A DNA stretch of 62,926 nucleotides, counting the filler, from Octopus bimaculoides (taxonomy: Eukaryota), in NCBI RefSeq assembly GCF_001194135.2. It is 7 parts of 7 records of this genome, joined end to end, with 100 filler letters (N's around TTAATTAATTAA, not from the genome) between each part and the next. Parts side by side here need not be neighbours in the genome. Positions count along the whole stretch, not along the records: positions 1 to 17,699 come from NC_068996.1; 6 more parts are not named here. One strand, written 5' to 3'. Made by a program: the position numbers and the translations under genes. The notes beneath the pieces are model-generated. The model did not search any database. It had not been told where the DNA came from and saw only the letters and a list, made by a program, of their open reading frames with translations. This document shows, in pieces, positions 1 to 13,079 of the stretch. How positions within the stretch are numbered: position 1 is the stretch's first letter; each line of letters starts with the position of its first letter.

Positions 1-22
1 AAAAAAAAAAAAAAAAAAAAAA

Positions 23-181
23 GGATGGCTGTGTGGTAAGAAGCTTGCTTCTCAACCACATGGTTCCAAGTTCAGTCCCACTGCATGGCACCTAAGGAAA
101 GTGTCTTCTACTATAGCCTCAGGCTAACCAAAGTCTTGAGAGTGGATTTGTTAGATGGAAACACTGTGTGTGTGTGTATGT

Positions 182-212
<31 letters not shown>

Positions 213-575
213 TCTGCCTCTCAGTCTGCTTGACAACCAGTGTTGCTGTGTTTATGTGCCTGTAACTTAGCAGTTCAGACAAAGAGATTGATAGAATAAG
301 TACCAGGCTTAAAAAAAGCATTTCTAAGTGGTGCCCCAGCATGGCCATAATCCAATGACTGAAACAAGTAAAAGATAAAAGATATACTGGGATTGATTTG
401 TTCAACTAAAACCCTTCAAGGTGGTGCCCCAGCATGGCCACAGTCCAATNNNNNNNNNNGAAACAAGTAAAAGATAAAAGATATACTGGGATTGATTTGT
501 TCAACTAAAACCCTTCAAGGTGGTGCCCCAGCATGGCCACAGTCCAATGGCTGAAACTAGTAAAAGATAAAAAAG
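23..575 (+). mobile_element. tRNA-derived SINE, family A (internal microsatellite, AAAAGAT tail)
   Basis: Head GGATGGCTGTGTGGTAAG...GGTTCCAAGTTCAGTCCC has A/B-box-like motifs. The same body and tail recur at 2551, 3675, 12021, 15350, 42170 and 52927. The tail is duplicated across the 10-N gap. Confidence 0.8.
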
Positions 576-1039
576 AAATGTGGATTATGATGGTGGATTA
601 AAGGAAATGTAATCCTCAACATTCTGAGATCAAATCCCATCAGAACCAACTTAGCATTTTAACCTTTCAATGGTCAATAAAAACGCAAAGCATTGAAATA
701 CTGGATAATAGATTATTTATTGCTTCATTTTCTAAACCTATTCTGTACCTGACAACATACTGGCCTACCTATGACTCACCATGGTTTACAAACAAGTTTT
801 GTAGCACATACAAAGCGACCAGATCTTTAAACCCCCTCCAGTTCAATCCTGTTCAAGGACTTAGAGGAAAGAGACAACGAGCAGATCCTGTGAATTTATC
901 ACTGTTCAGTTTACTCAACCATATCTAATGAGTGTACAAATGAGAATTTAATGTTGAATCAGACTAAAATGCACGCAAGTGAAACTGGACAATAAAATGA
1001 AACATTATGTAAAAAGCATAGATGATGGTCCCACACAAA

Positions 1040-1340
1040 AGGCACTAGTGATGGAGCCATGTGAAAAGCACTGGTGCCACATCAAAAGCACTGCTGCCAC
1101 ATCAAAAGCACTGGTGATGGTGCCTCGTGAAAGGCACTGGTGCCACATCAAAAGCACTGGTGATGGTGCCTCGTGAAAGGCACTGGTGCCACGTGAAAGG
1201 CATTGGTGCCACATGAAAGGCACTGGCGATGGTGCCATGTGAAAGGCACTGGTGCCCCATGAAAGGCACTGGTGATGGTGCCTCGTGAAAGGTACCGGTG
1301 ATGGTGCCACATGAAAGGCACTGGTGATGGTGCCATGTAG
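1040..1340 (+). repeat. Minisatellite of ~15-24 bp units (GTGAAAGGCACTGG[TGATGG]TGCC)
   Basis: More than 10 degenerate tandem copies are visible, running directly into an RTE-tail repeat. Confidence 0.85.
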
Positions 1341-1512
1341 AAGGCACCCAGTACACTCTGTAAAGCAATTGATATCAGGAAAGGCATCCAGTTGTATAAA
1401 CCAAACCAAAACAGACTATGGAACCTTGTGTGGTCCCTGGCCTTCCCAGCTTCTGTCAAGCCATCTAACCCATGCCAGCATGGAAACTGGACATAAAAAT
1501 GATGATGGTGAT
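1341..1512 (+). mobile_element. RTE-tail repeat (SINE or 5'-truncated RTE LINE 3' end)
   Basis: AGGAAAGGCATCCAG...CATGCCAGCATGGAAA...(GAT)n tail, homologous to 20519-20675 and to the LINE 3' end near 21290. Confidence 0.65.
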
Positions 1513-2058
1513 CTCCACAACAAATTTGAATTCCACACCACACAACCGAACCAAGGAGGTACAAACAAACTCTATACAATGTAAACTACTGCATGACAGG
1601 GGGTGCACAGTCCTCAGTACACTGGGTGCTGAACTGATAGAGATCTCCAAAATACTCTATTATCTATCAATAATTAAAAGTCTACTCAAAAATTACTAAG
1701 TAAACCTACTTAACAGCCACTATTGCAGAATCAAGACTGACAAATATAATTATTTAGATACATAAGCAACATTCCTGGTTTAAGTGCAATAGCAACCTGT
1801 CATAAATGTTCTTTACAGATAGATAGCAATATTACAATAAAAGTCTTCTTTTTGATTTACTTAGTATTTTGAAAAGATAAAAATTGGTTAAACAGGAGAT
1901 AAAAATCTACAGTGAGGGTTAAGCATTTAGTTAAATAAAAACCAGTGAAAAGAAAAATGATACAAGATTTTCAATATAGTTTGTGGTGGTTAGTCTAATA
2001 ACTTCAACTTAGCCATGGCAACTTTATCAAAGATACTCTGTGACACTATAAATGACAC

Positions 2059-2176
<118 letters not shown>

Positions 2177-2550
2177 GTATGTATGTATATAATTGTATCG
2201 ATTAGCCTATTGGATGTTATTTACTGCTGGTCACAATGCTTTCTTGCGTTGTGACTTTTCAATGGAAATAACTTTGCAACAGGAAGACCTGTCCACCACA
2301 GCAGATTTTTGTTAATGCTCCCCTCCCATCTGAAAGAATGTATTCCCCTCATTAAGCATACCTGCCACATATTCCCCTCCCCCACTCTTTCATGTGTCTG
2401 CATCATTTCTCTTAAATGCTCTCTCTTACACTCACTCCACTATCATTCGCTCATCACAATTAATCTGTTTCTTCCATCATACTTTAATTTCTGTTTTTCA
2501 GCCTTATGAGATACTAGGCAACCATTGTAGCGCCAGTACCATGCAAAATA

Positions 2551-2935
2551 GTGGCTGTGTGGTAAGTAGCTTGCTTACCAACCACATGGTTCCGGGTTCA
2601 GTCCCACTGCGTGGCATCTTGGGCAAATGTCTTCTACTATAGCCTCAGGTCAATCAAAGCCTTGTTAGTGGATTTGGTAGACAGAAACTGAAAGAAGCCC
2701 GTCGTATATATGTACATGTATATATGTATGTGTTTGTGTGTCTGTGTTTGTACTCCTAGCATTGCTTGACAACCGATGCTGGTGTGTTTATGTCCCCGTA
2801 ACTTAGCGGTTCAGCAAAAGAGACCAATAGAATAAGTACTAGGCTTACAAAGAATAAGTCCCGGGGTCGATTTGCTCGTCTAAAGGTGGTGCTCCAGCAT
2901 GTCCACAGTCAAATGACTGAAACAAGTAAAAGAGT
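2551..2935 (+). mobile_element. tRNA-derived SINE, family A
   Basis: Full head-to-tail similarity to 23-575. Confidence 0.8.
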
Positions 2936-3115
2936 AACACATGATGTAAGTAGCAAACAAATTGACTTGAGCAATCTTGATGCAGGGCTTGAGCTGGCAC
3001 TCCAGTAATTATTTTAAAGTCTCATACTTACATTGCTTCCTTATGCCAAACTGCTCAGTTACAGGGATGTAAACAAACCAACACTGGTTATCAAGCAGTA
3101 ACGTGGAGCAAGCGT

Positions 3116-3431
3116 GGAGGTGCAATGGTCCAATGGTAAGGGCAGCGGACTCGCGGTCAGAGGATCACGGTTTCGATTCCCAGCCCGGGTGTTATGTGTG
3201 TTTATTGAGCGAAAACACCTAAAGCTCCACGAGGCTCCGGCAGGGGGTGGTGGCCACCCCTGTTGTACTCTTTCGCGCCAACTTTCTCTCACTCTTTCTT
3301 CCTGTTTCTTGAGTAACGCTGCAATGGACTGGCGCCCCGTCCAGCTGGGGGGGAACACATATACCATAGAAACCGGGAAACCAGGCCCATAAGCCTGGCT
3401 AGGCTTTAAAAGGGCACATAAAAATAAATAA
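3116..3431 (+). mobile_element. tRNA-derived SINE, family C
   Basis: Head GGTGCAATGGTCCAATGGTAAGGGCAGCGGACTCGCGG...GGTTTCGATTCC. The 5' half matches the reverse complement of 32853-33232. Confidence 0.8.
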
Positions 3432-3467
3432 GTGTGGAACAAGCAGACACAGATATATATATACATA

Positions 3468-3545
3468 CAGTGATACCTCGCAGTACAAGTTTGATTTGTT
3501 CCACGACCAAGCTCATCTTATGATTTACTCGTTTTACAAATCAAT
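3468..3545 (+). mobile_element. pogo/Tigger-like terminal inverted repeat fragment
   Basis: TA followed by CAGTGATACCTCG, which resembles Tigger-type ends. No partner end was found. Confidence 0.45.
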
Positions 3546-3674
3546 ATTTAACATAGTGCTAAGACTAAATTGTTAAATTAATTACAAATATTGTTCGCTT
3601 TTTTTTTTAATGGAAAAATTCAGTTCTGTTTTTTTTTTTTTTTTAAATTATATGAGCAGCTAAGTGCAAGAGTG

Positions 3675-3792
3675 GCTCTGTGGTTCTAGGTTCAGTTCAA
3701 CTGCATGGCACGTTGGGCAAGTGTCTTCTACTATAGTCTTGGGCTGACCAAAACCTTGCAAGTGGATTTCGTACATGGAAACTCAAAGAAAC

Positions 3793-3854
<62 letters not shown>

Positions 3855-4095
3855 GTACACACATGTATGTATGTATATATGTATGTGTTGTGTGTCTGTG
3901 TCCCCCCCCCACACACACACACACACTATAGCTAGACAACCATTGTTGGTGTGTTTAAGTTTCCGTCACTTGGCAGTTCGGCAAAAGTGACCGATAGAAT
4001 AAGTACTAGGCTTATAAAGAATAAGTCTTGGAGACGACTGGTTCGACTAAAGGCGGTGCTCCAGCATGGCCGCAGTCAAATGACTGAAGTACAAG
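3675..4095 (+). mobile_element. tRNA-derived SINE, family A with (TG)n core
   Basis: Similarity to 23-575 and 2551-2935. Confidence 0.75.
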
Positions 4096-4999
4096 TACAA
4101 GAATACAAGAATTCAAAATGGATTAAAATATGGATTCTGGAAAGTTTTTTTTGTTGTTGTTTTTTTTGTGTGAGTGGAATTACCCTAATCTTATCTTGAC
4201 AAATATATATAAAGCTAATTTCGTTATTAATAACTAACGCAATTAAGTGTCAGTTGAGATTTTTAAATGTTATACCTGCTGTTTCTATCTTATAAATGTA
4301 AACGAGAAAGAAAGGGAGAAAAAAAAAACTAATTAAATTACTGCCCTTGTAATTTTTATTGTAAAGAGTTATGTCCCTTCCCAAATCCTTCGTCGAAGAG
4401 TTATCTACACATGACATTAGGTTTTTTTGTCTTTTTAACTTCAGTTACACTTTTCTGTTTATTTTATTGGCAAACGATCCATTTAAGGGATGAATGAAAA
4501 GCAGAACCAGTAAGAAAACCTTGCAGCATTTCATTTTATGCTCTGTCAGTTCAGATGTTGGAGTAGTTTTGAAATGGCTATTATTATTTCATAGGGAAAG
4601 AAGAAAAAAGAATCAGGTGAAGGTTTTTTTTTCATAAAATAAAAATTAGCTGTTATTAGTGATCATAGCCTAATTAGTTCAGTACAGCATTCTGTACGTT
4701 TTACTTAGCATAGATATACTGTATAAAGCCATAACATTGCAGTATTTGCCTTGAGAAAACGTCTTGTATAGACGTTGTAGTGATGCTGTTGCAATGACTG
4801 TGATGTGAGGTGACAAGAATGGCCCTTTCGTACCACATCACACGATAGTTACAATAAAAAGGAATTAAATAGAACAAATTAAATAGACACAACTACGTAA
4901 GAATGATTAAGAGAACATTTACTGATGTGATAACGTGTGTCTGTGTGTGCATCATGTATACAGAATTGAAAGGCCATCATGAGAACAAAATGTCTATGT

Positions 5000-5228
5000 T
5001 ATTTCTTTACTACCCACAAGGGGCTACACACAGAGGGGACAAACAAGGACAGACAAACGGATTAAGTCGATTACATCAACCCCAGTGCATAACTGGTACT
5101 TATTTAATCGACCCTGAAAGGATGAAGGGCAAAGTCGACCTCGGCGGAATTTGAACTCAGAATATAATGGCAGATGAAATACCGCTAAGCATTTCGGCCG
5201 GCATGCTAACATTTCTGCCAGCTCGCCG
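5000..5228 (-). mobile_element. tRNA-derived SINE, family B (young subfamily with CCCCTTGTGGG tail)
   Basis: Near-identical to 48679-48908 and 58900-59130. Head GGCGAGCTGGCAGAA...GAGTTCAAATTCC on the minus strand. Confidence 0.85.
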
Positions 5229-6769
5229 TATGTGTGTGTGCGTGTAGGCATAGATGTATGCGCGTGTTATGTACATATAAGGATGGCAATGAGAAGAAAA
5301 CAGTGAAAACGTCCATGAGCCATCAAAGTGAGAAGTAAGTTCATAGACGCAAGAAAGATAATAATGCCAGTTCCTGGTCAGTCGTACACGGTAGCCGAAA
5401 TACTGTATCAAGAAGTGATGGCCATGAGGCTGAGCTGGTTACAGGTACATGTCGTACGTGAATTCGGGGCTGTGATGCTGTTGCCCAAATCACTTGCATA
5501 GGAGTTCATGCAGGTTGTATATTCGCTGTTGATCCATAGTGAAATAATTCACGAACAGTGAACTGTTGGAACCTGGGTCAATTGCTTACTGAGCTGTGTA
5601 TGTAGAAAGATGATGTTGACAACGTTGGAAAAGACATGATGGTGGTGACGAAGAAGGAGGTTGCCACAATGCCGTTGAATGTCATGGTGACAAAGTTGGT
5701 AAGTTTCACTGGCTGTGTCTTCGTGGTCAGTGGCTAGGCCTTAAAAAGTCTGAAACCAAAGACCCGGAACAAGGAAAAGCTGAATTTTTATAAGGAGCTG
5801 TAGACTAAAACAGGTTAGTAAACAGGCTTCCCCACATGATCCTATTTAGAGCCTCCTATTGGTTATCTACAGCAAGTTGGCATAGCCTAGTAGGAGACAA
5901 ATTGTGCCAATACCTACCAATCAGAGAAGTGGACACAATGTGATCCAAATAGCGGCCAAGAGCTAGCTGTTCCCTGCTACATACGAAAGCATGTATATAT
6001 AATAAATGGGAGAGAGGAATTTCACTCAAGTCTACGTTACACTATCGTAAAATGCTCAGAAGTGTAACAGTAGCAGATGAAAAGTGTCTAGCAGCAACAG
6101 TGAATGTGCAGTTGCATGTCGGAAAAGAGTTGGGAAGAAAGAAGTATTAAGCCAAGTAGACAGCAATGAAAGCGTCATGTGCAAGCACAATACACAAAAT
6201 TCTTGTTTCATATAACAGAAATTACAATTTTTTTTATCCTTTACTTGTGTCAGTCATTGGACTGCAGCCCATGCTCGGACACCACCTCAAAGGGTTTTAG
6301 TTTAAATAGGACAAATCGATCCCGGAACTATTTCTTTACTTACTCTATCAATATTTTTTGTCGAAGCTCTAGGTTATGGGGATGTAAACAGACCAACACT
6401 CGCAGTTAGGCTGTGATGGGGACAGGCAAAGACACACACACACACATACACACAACAAGCTTCTTTCATTTTCTATCAATCAAAATCTACTCACATGGCT
6501 TTGATCAGTCCAGGATTATAGTTGAAGACATTTGCCCAAGATACAATACAATGGAAATGAACCCAAGACTACATGGTTGGAAACAAACTCCTTACCATAC
6601 AGCCACATGTGTGTGATTCCTCTGACAATGATAATGTAGTCCAAATGCTTGCAACAAAAGGAACTTAATAAAAGGCACTGAAGTTTCCAGAGTTGGTCCT
6701 AAACTGGTTGATTGACAACACCATTATAAGCCATGGAGGAATTTGAACTCAGAGTGCAAATAATAATAA

Positions 6770-7557
6770 TGATTCTACTATAGGCAAAAACCCTGAAATT
6801 TGTAGGGAGAGGGAATCAATTACATCAACCCCAGTGTTCAACTGATACACATTTTATTGAGACCAAAAGGATGAAAGGCAAAGTTGACCTAAGCAGAAAT
6901 TGAACTCAGACTGTAGCAATGGGCAAAATACCACTAAGCATTTCGTCCAGCGTACTAATGATTCTACAAGCTTGCAGCCTTAATAATAATAACTGAAGCA
7001 GTAAATGCCAATGCAGTACCAGGCAGTGGCTCACATGGCTTCTGATCTTAACTGACTAGAAGTGCTGTCATGTACATATTTTGTCTTGGTATAAAAGATG
7101 GGCTACAGCAAATATTCTGCTCAATACCACAGATTTGCTTGTCAGTTGCTTGATCTTAACTAGTTAAGCATGTCCCTTGGTGGTTGACGATATGTGCATC
7201 TCTGATCATGAGCAGAAGTAGTGGGGGAGCATCATAGCCATGTGTTGAGAGGAATTCTCTGGGGTTTGAATAATTCACCTTTGGAAAAGCAGGAGTATTA
7301 CATTCAACATTCTTAAACCCTTATTCAAGGAATTTTTGAGTGAGATGAGCTACTCAACCTGAAGGAAATTCTAACAGGGCCCCATTTGCAAGGTCATGCG
7401 CTGTTTATCTTGATATAAGATCACCATGTCAAACACAAATGGTTGTGATGCATGTGCCTGGTGTACCTTTATCAGACGGGTAGTCATGCTAGGTATAATG
7501 GGCTTCGTATATTTTACCCCTGTGTCATTTTGATGAAATGCACTGCTCTCTCAATCA

Positions 7558-7602
<45 letters not shown>

Positions 7603-7820
7603 GCTTCAAATTTTTCCATAAGGGCACCAATTTTGGGGGAGGGGATGAGTCAATTATATCGACTCCAGTACTTGATTGGGACTTAATTTATCGACCCCGA
7701 AAGGATGAAAGGCAAAGTCGACCTTGATGGAATTTGAACTTAGAATGTAGCAATGGGAAAAATACTGCTAAGCATCCAGCGTGCTAACCATTTTGCCAGC
7801 TCGCTGCCTTGATGATAATA

Positions 7821-7863
<43 letters not shown>

Positions 7864-8295
7864 CACTGATACAATACCAGGCAGTGGCTCTTATGACTTC
7901 TGATCTTAACTGATTGGAAGTGTTATCATGTACACTGTTTTGTCTTGGTATAAAAAGATGGGCTACAGCAAATATTCTGCTTAATACCACAGATTTGCTT
8001 GTCAGTTGTTTGACCTTAACCAGTTGAGCATGTCCCTTGGTGGCTGACGATATGTGCATCTCTGATCACGAGCAGAAGTAGTGGGGGAGCATCATAGCCA
8101 TGTATTGAGAGGAGTTCTTTGGGGTTTGAATAATTCGCCTCTGGAAACATGGGTATTTTGCTCAACATCCTTAAACAAAACTCATTCAGGGACCTTTTGA
8201 ATGGGATGGGCTACTCGACCTGAAGAAATTTCTAACTGGGCCCCACCTGCAAGGTCATGCGCTGTTTATTTTCATATGAGATCACCATGTCGTGC
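6770..8295. repeat. Two tandem composite units: SINE B (minus) + (AAT)n + ~560-bp interspersed repeat family E
   Basis: 6995-7560 and 7862-8295 align colinearly (CAGGCAGTGGCTC...GATCACCATGTC). An inverted copy of E lies at 60520-61055. Confidence 0.8.
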
Positions 8296-9034
8296 CTCAC
8301 CAGCTTCTTCTTGGCGAGGAGGAGGAGGTCCGACGTGCTAACGTTTCCGTCAGTCAACCACCCCCAAAACTGATACTTTATTTGAACGACTCGAGTGAAT
8401 TTTGAACACAGACATATGATCGAACTCTTTTCTCTATTTTTATTGAAATACATACAGGACATAAAAGGAACAGACCGTGAGGAGTATTCGATCGCAATTT
8501 CTAATATATTTAATGAAAGTGTTGAAACTTCATTGACGGAGAGAGATATCATAAAGGGAAGCAACTCTAGCAAATTTTGACTCAAAACTTGTCAAAAATT
8601 GACTCTGTTGTAGCAAGAAGCTTGCTTCTCAACCACATGCTTTCGGCTTCAGTTCTATCTCGCTACACACTCGGCAAATGAACTATTACAGCGCGTGCCG
8701 ATCACAGCCTTGTGAGCGGATTTGTCAGATGGAAACTGGAAGAAGCCTGCCATGTGTGTGTGTGTGTGTGTGTGTGTGTACGTACTGAAATAGATAGAGG
8801 AAAATAGTTCACAGTGGTTGCTCGAAAGAGAGAGAATAAAGCACAAAAAGATCAAGAGAAAGCTTAGAAAGAACGAACCAATAGAAAATGAAGTACTATT
8901 GATTTTCATGTATGCAATGCTCAAGTCATGCAGGCCTGGTCAGCCATTAAAAGAAGCCACAGGAACTGACCCCTTGAAAATTATGATACTGCTATTGTTC
9001 ACAATGGAACGTGTGCAGCCTATGGAAAGGTGTG

Positions 9035-9088
<54 letters not shown>

Positions 9089-9567
9089 TAAAAACTGTCA
9101 GACGGGACCTTGATGACTGCCATGAGGCAGGAAAGTATACTAGTCCTTATATATTTAATATTCTATATTTAATACTCAATATTTCATATATTCAATACGA
9201 CATTCAATACTTCATTTCATTTTACTATTTATATTATATATTCCATATTCTATATCCCACATTAATTTTATAAGAATATAAATAAAACATAAAAAACAGA
9301 CAGAGTTGGGACTCTTTTAAATAATATATATATATGCGGCAATAAGAAAATGGAGGGGATCAAGAGGTGGTATTCATCAACTTTTAGACATTATACTATG
9401 TTTTTTTTTTTTTTTAAAAACAATTATAACAATATACATACATTTATAACATATTATGCTTTACATATATAAAAATACCAGTAATTATTAAAATATTTAA
9501 CGTAGAACATGTTCTACATTATATATTTTAATAATTACTGGTATTTTTACATTTTATATATTATATA

Positions 9568-9895
9568 TCATCATCATCATCATCGTCGTTTAATGTCCGC
9601 TTTCCATGCTAGCATGGGTTGGACGATTTGACTGAGGACTGGTGAAACCGGATGGCAACACCAGGCTCCAATCTAATTTGGCAGAGTTTCTACAGCTGGA
9701 TGCCCTTCCTAATGCCAACCACTCAGAGAGTGTAGTGGGTGCTTTTACGTGTCACCCGCACGAAAACGGCCACGCTCGAAATGGTGTCTTTTATGTGCCA
9801 CCCGCACAAGCCAGTCCAGGGGCACTGGCAACGATCTCGCTCGAAAATCCTACGGGAGCCAGTCAGGCGGTACTGGCAACGGCCACGCTCAAAAT
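9568..9895 (-). mobile_element. RTE-tail repeat, young copy
   Basis: Nearly identical to 17458-17699 and to the reverse complement of 20519-20675. (GAT)n tail. Confidence 0.8.
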
Positions 9896-10198
9896 GGTAT
9901 ATGTAAAGCATAATATGTTATACATATTTGTATATTGTTATAATAGCTTGTTTTTTTTAAATAAATAAATAGACATAATATAATGTGTAAAAGTTGATGA
10001 ATACCACCTCTTGATCCCCTCTAATTTCTTATTAAGGGTAAAAAAAACGTTTTACCTTCACCCGTTTTTTACATTCAGTAGTGTAATTGCCGTGCAATGT
10101 AAAAACACTTATGTATTAATAATTGGGTATTCTACCAGCAGTATATTGGATAGATATTATCCCTTTGAGAACCACTGCTTTATGGATTACATCTTTAA

Positions 10199-10476
10199 CC
10201 CATTACCTACCAGTGATCTCATATGAGATCACTCAAAAATTACAAATTTCCTAATTATCTGTCAATATTTACACATATCTAACCTTTTTGCTATATCTAC
10301 TAGGTATATTTCTCTGATATTCAAATGAAGTTTGCTAATTTTTCACCCAATATCTCACTTATTTCTATTTAAAATGTTATTTTGATCATTCCAGCATGTT
10401 TCTATGGCTGTTTTATGCTAGAAATCAAAGTTTCATAAAAAAAATTCCAGTTAATAGAATTATGGGAGATAATGGG
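10199..10476. mobile_element. piggyBac-like MITE
   Basis: Flanked by TTAA at 10195-10198 and 10477-10480. Ends CCCATTACCTACC and CCCATTATCTCCC (reverse complement) match at 11/13. A 22-bp perfect palindrome lies at 10212-10233. Confidence 0.6.
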
Positions 10477-11009
10477 TTAAAAAAAAAAAATAGAATGTTC
10501 AATGTTCACATTCAGAATGCCTACTAGAAACAGCAACCAAAACTATCAAATCCCACCCTATCTTAAAAAATGTAGAACACATCAGATCAATGGTTGTGAA
10601 CCAGGGTCCATATAGGATTTTGTAGTTAAAATTTATGTGCAATAACTCAATTATACTTCTCCAGCACACAAAATATTTTAACATTTTTTAAATACAATTC
10701 TGGTTAATAACACAGTTCTGCTGACAGAGCTGCACTGGTATTGTACTAATGAAGAAGCCACAGTAATTCAATAAAAATTTTGATACTGCAAGATATAACT
10801 GCAAAGTCAATTTAACAATTTTTATGTGTTTTTAAATGGCTAAAACTACTCTTGTATGCTGAAGCTGGTTCAGTTTCAACTCATTCTTAGATTAAGTCAC
10901 CTGTGTGACATGTAAAAATTTGTTTTATTTCAACTATTGTACATTTGAAATAGACAAAGGAAAAAAAAAAAGAATCTAAATAGCAGAATGTTAATATCAA
11001 GTACATTAC

Positions 11010-11229
11010 CGTTTATCTGTGCCTCAATAAAGCCAGCGCTAATTATGGCACCTTTACAATCAATTTTTTCATCAGCAACAACTTTCTTATCAAAGAAGAC
11101 TTTTTCTGGGTTAACAATTTTTCCATCTTGGCACCACAAGTCCTCTCTTATAAGATCATTACCAGCAATAATTCTACAGTTTTGGAACTGAAGATATGGA
11201 GAACAATCACGAGTGCCTTTCTGCACCAT
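11010..11229 (-). CDS. AMDHD2: N-acetylglucosamine-6-phosphate deacetylase, first coding exon (73 aa + 1 nt); later exons not found in this window
   Basis: Translation MVQKGTRDCSPYLQFQNCRIIAGNDLIREDLWCQDGKIVNPEKVFFDKKVVADEKIDCKGAIISAGFIEAQING matches the AMDHD2 N-terminus (LQFxNCRI...REDLW...PEKxFF...GFIDxQING). Acceptor TTTTATTTTTCAG gives exon start 11242; phase-1 donor G|GTAATG at 11009. Confidence 0.9.
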
Positions 11230-12020
11230 TGTAAAATAAATTCTGAAAAATAAAAATAAATTTCTTAAGATAGTGCATGATATTTGAAAAAAGAATGCAA
11301 AAAAAAACAAAAAAAAACAGGTTGTCATTTTTCACAGAATTCAATACTTATAGGTAAGTTTGTTCAGAATTCTCTCAAACCATAACCCAGCTTAAAATCT
11401 TAATTTCAATGTTACCACATCAAGGAAGTTATTAAAGAAGTTCCATATCAGCAACATACCAAATATTAAGCAGATAAGACCTGTTCTTATGAACAGGTCT
11501 TTGCCAAAAAGAGCAAAGAGATTCTATTGTTATTTGATTTGTGAGAATTATCAACCAAATTCTTATTTTTACTCAAACACCTTGACAATTTAACAAAGGA
11601 TCAATAATGTCCTTTGTGTGGTCTCCTGACCTACAAGACATAGCAACCAAGTCACCATTTTATCACACTCTATAAAAAAATTTAAAAAGACATAAGGAAC
11701 ACCTGATAACAACATCATTTACAATAGACCTACTCAAGCAAGATTGACAAGAAACATGGACAAACATTTCATATATTCATTCAATATTCTACAGCTTTAT
11801 AAATATGGAAAAATTATAGCAGTTTCAGAGAATCTGTGAGGTGTTCACAAGAACAGAAAAAAACAGTACAGGATTGTGAAAATAAATAATTAAAATAAAT
11901 TAATAGCTGTTACATGAATTGGAAGTGTGATGCTTTATTGTGGTGATCCATAAAGTCAATGAAATTAAATATGTTAGTAATGGAGACTCGTAGGTTATTT
12001 AACCTAAATAACTGATAGAC

Positions 12021-12176
12021 GCAGGCATAGCTATCTGTAAGAAGCTTGCTTCCCAACCACATGGTTCCAGGTTTAGTTCCACTGTGTGGCACATTGGGAA
12101 AGTGTCTTCTACTATAGCCTCAGGCTGACCAAAAGACTTGCGAGATGATTTGGTAGACAGAAAGTGAAAGTAGCCA

Positions 12177-12232
<56 letters not shown>

Positions 12233-12465
12233 ATGTGTGTGTGTGTGTCTGTGCTTATCTCCCCACCACCATCACCAGTTGACAACTCGTATTGGTGTTT
12301 GCATCCCTGTAGCTAAGCAGTTCGGCAAAAGAGACCAATAGAATAAGTACCAGGCTTAAAAAAATAAGTCCTAACATCGATTTGTTCAGCTAAGACTCTT
12401 CAAGGTGATGCTCCAGCATGGCCACAGTCAAATGATTGAAACAAGTAAAAGGATAAAAGAATGAA
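12021..12465 (+). mobile_element. tRNA-derived SINE, family A
   Basis: Similarity to 23-575. Confidence 0.75.
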
Positions 12466-12745
12466 AATAAAGTACCAGCATTAATTTGGTAAAGAAACAT
12501 CATGGGCGTACACATAGCCCTGTTAAAGTCATTAGACTTGGTTTGAAACAATAGAAGATGATGCTAAGAAAATAATTTCAAACTAACAGACTCAATTAGA
12601 ATTTGAGACAGGTCTAATGATCTGGGATTGACACCAACCAAGGAAAGGATAAATTAGTTGAGGTATGGTAAAATATGTGACTTAAGGAATATTATGCACA
12701 AAACATGTATGTGTGCCTACATGCACATATCATTTTATATTTTTC

Positions 12746-13079
12746 CAAAAGACTCCCTTCAGTCATGATTGACCATGAGATTGAACCTAAAAAGTTCTCC
12801 TCCTAGGCACAAGTCTGAGCAAGGTTGTTTATGGGAGACCAACAATTACCCATGCATACAGGTTTCCCCTCTTCCACACCACTGATGTTATCCAATGGAA
12901 AGGCAAAGGCGGATACAGCTTGGCACCAGTGATGTCGCAACTCATTTCTACAGCTGAGTGAACTAGAGCAACGTGAAATAAAGTGTCTTGCTCAAGAACA
13001 CAACAAATAGGCCGGTCCAGGAATCAAACTCACTACCTCATGATTGTGATCCTGGCACTCTAACCACTGAGCCATACAC
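12746..13079 (-). mobile_element. tRNA-derived SINE, family F
   Basis: Minus-strand head GTATGGCTCAGTGGTTAG...GTTTGATTCC. The body matches 55130-55460 in opposite orientation. Confidence 0.7.

Noticed and set aside
1040-1340. CRISPR-like repeat array
   Set aside because: There are no unique spacers, the units are degenerate and variable, and the context is eukaryotic. It is a minisatellite.
5290-5760. Coding-looking stretch, possibly a decayed retroelement
   Set aside because: Stops in all frames and no motif I can assign with confidence.
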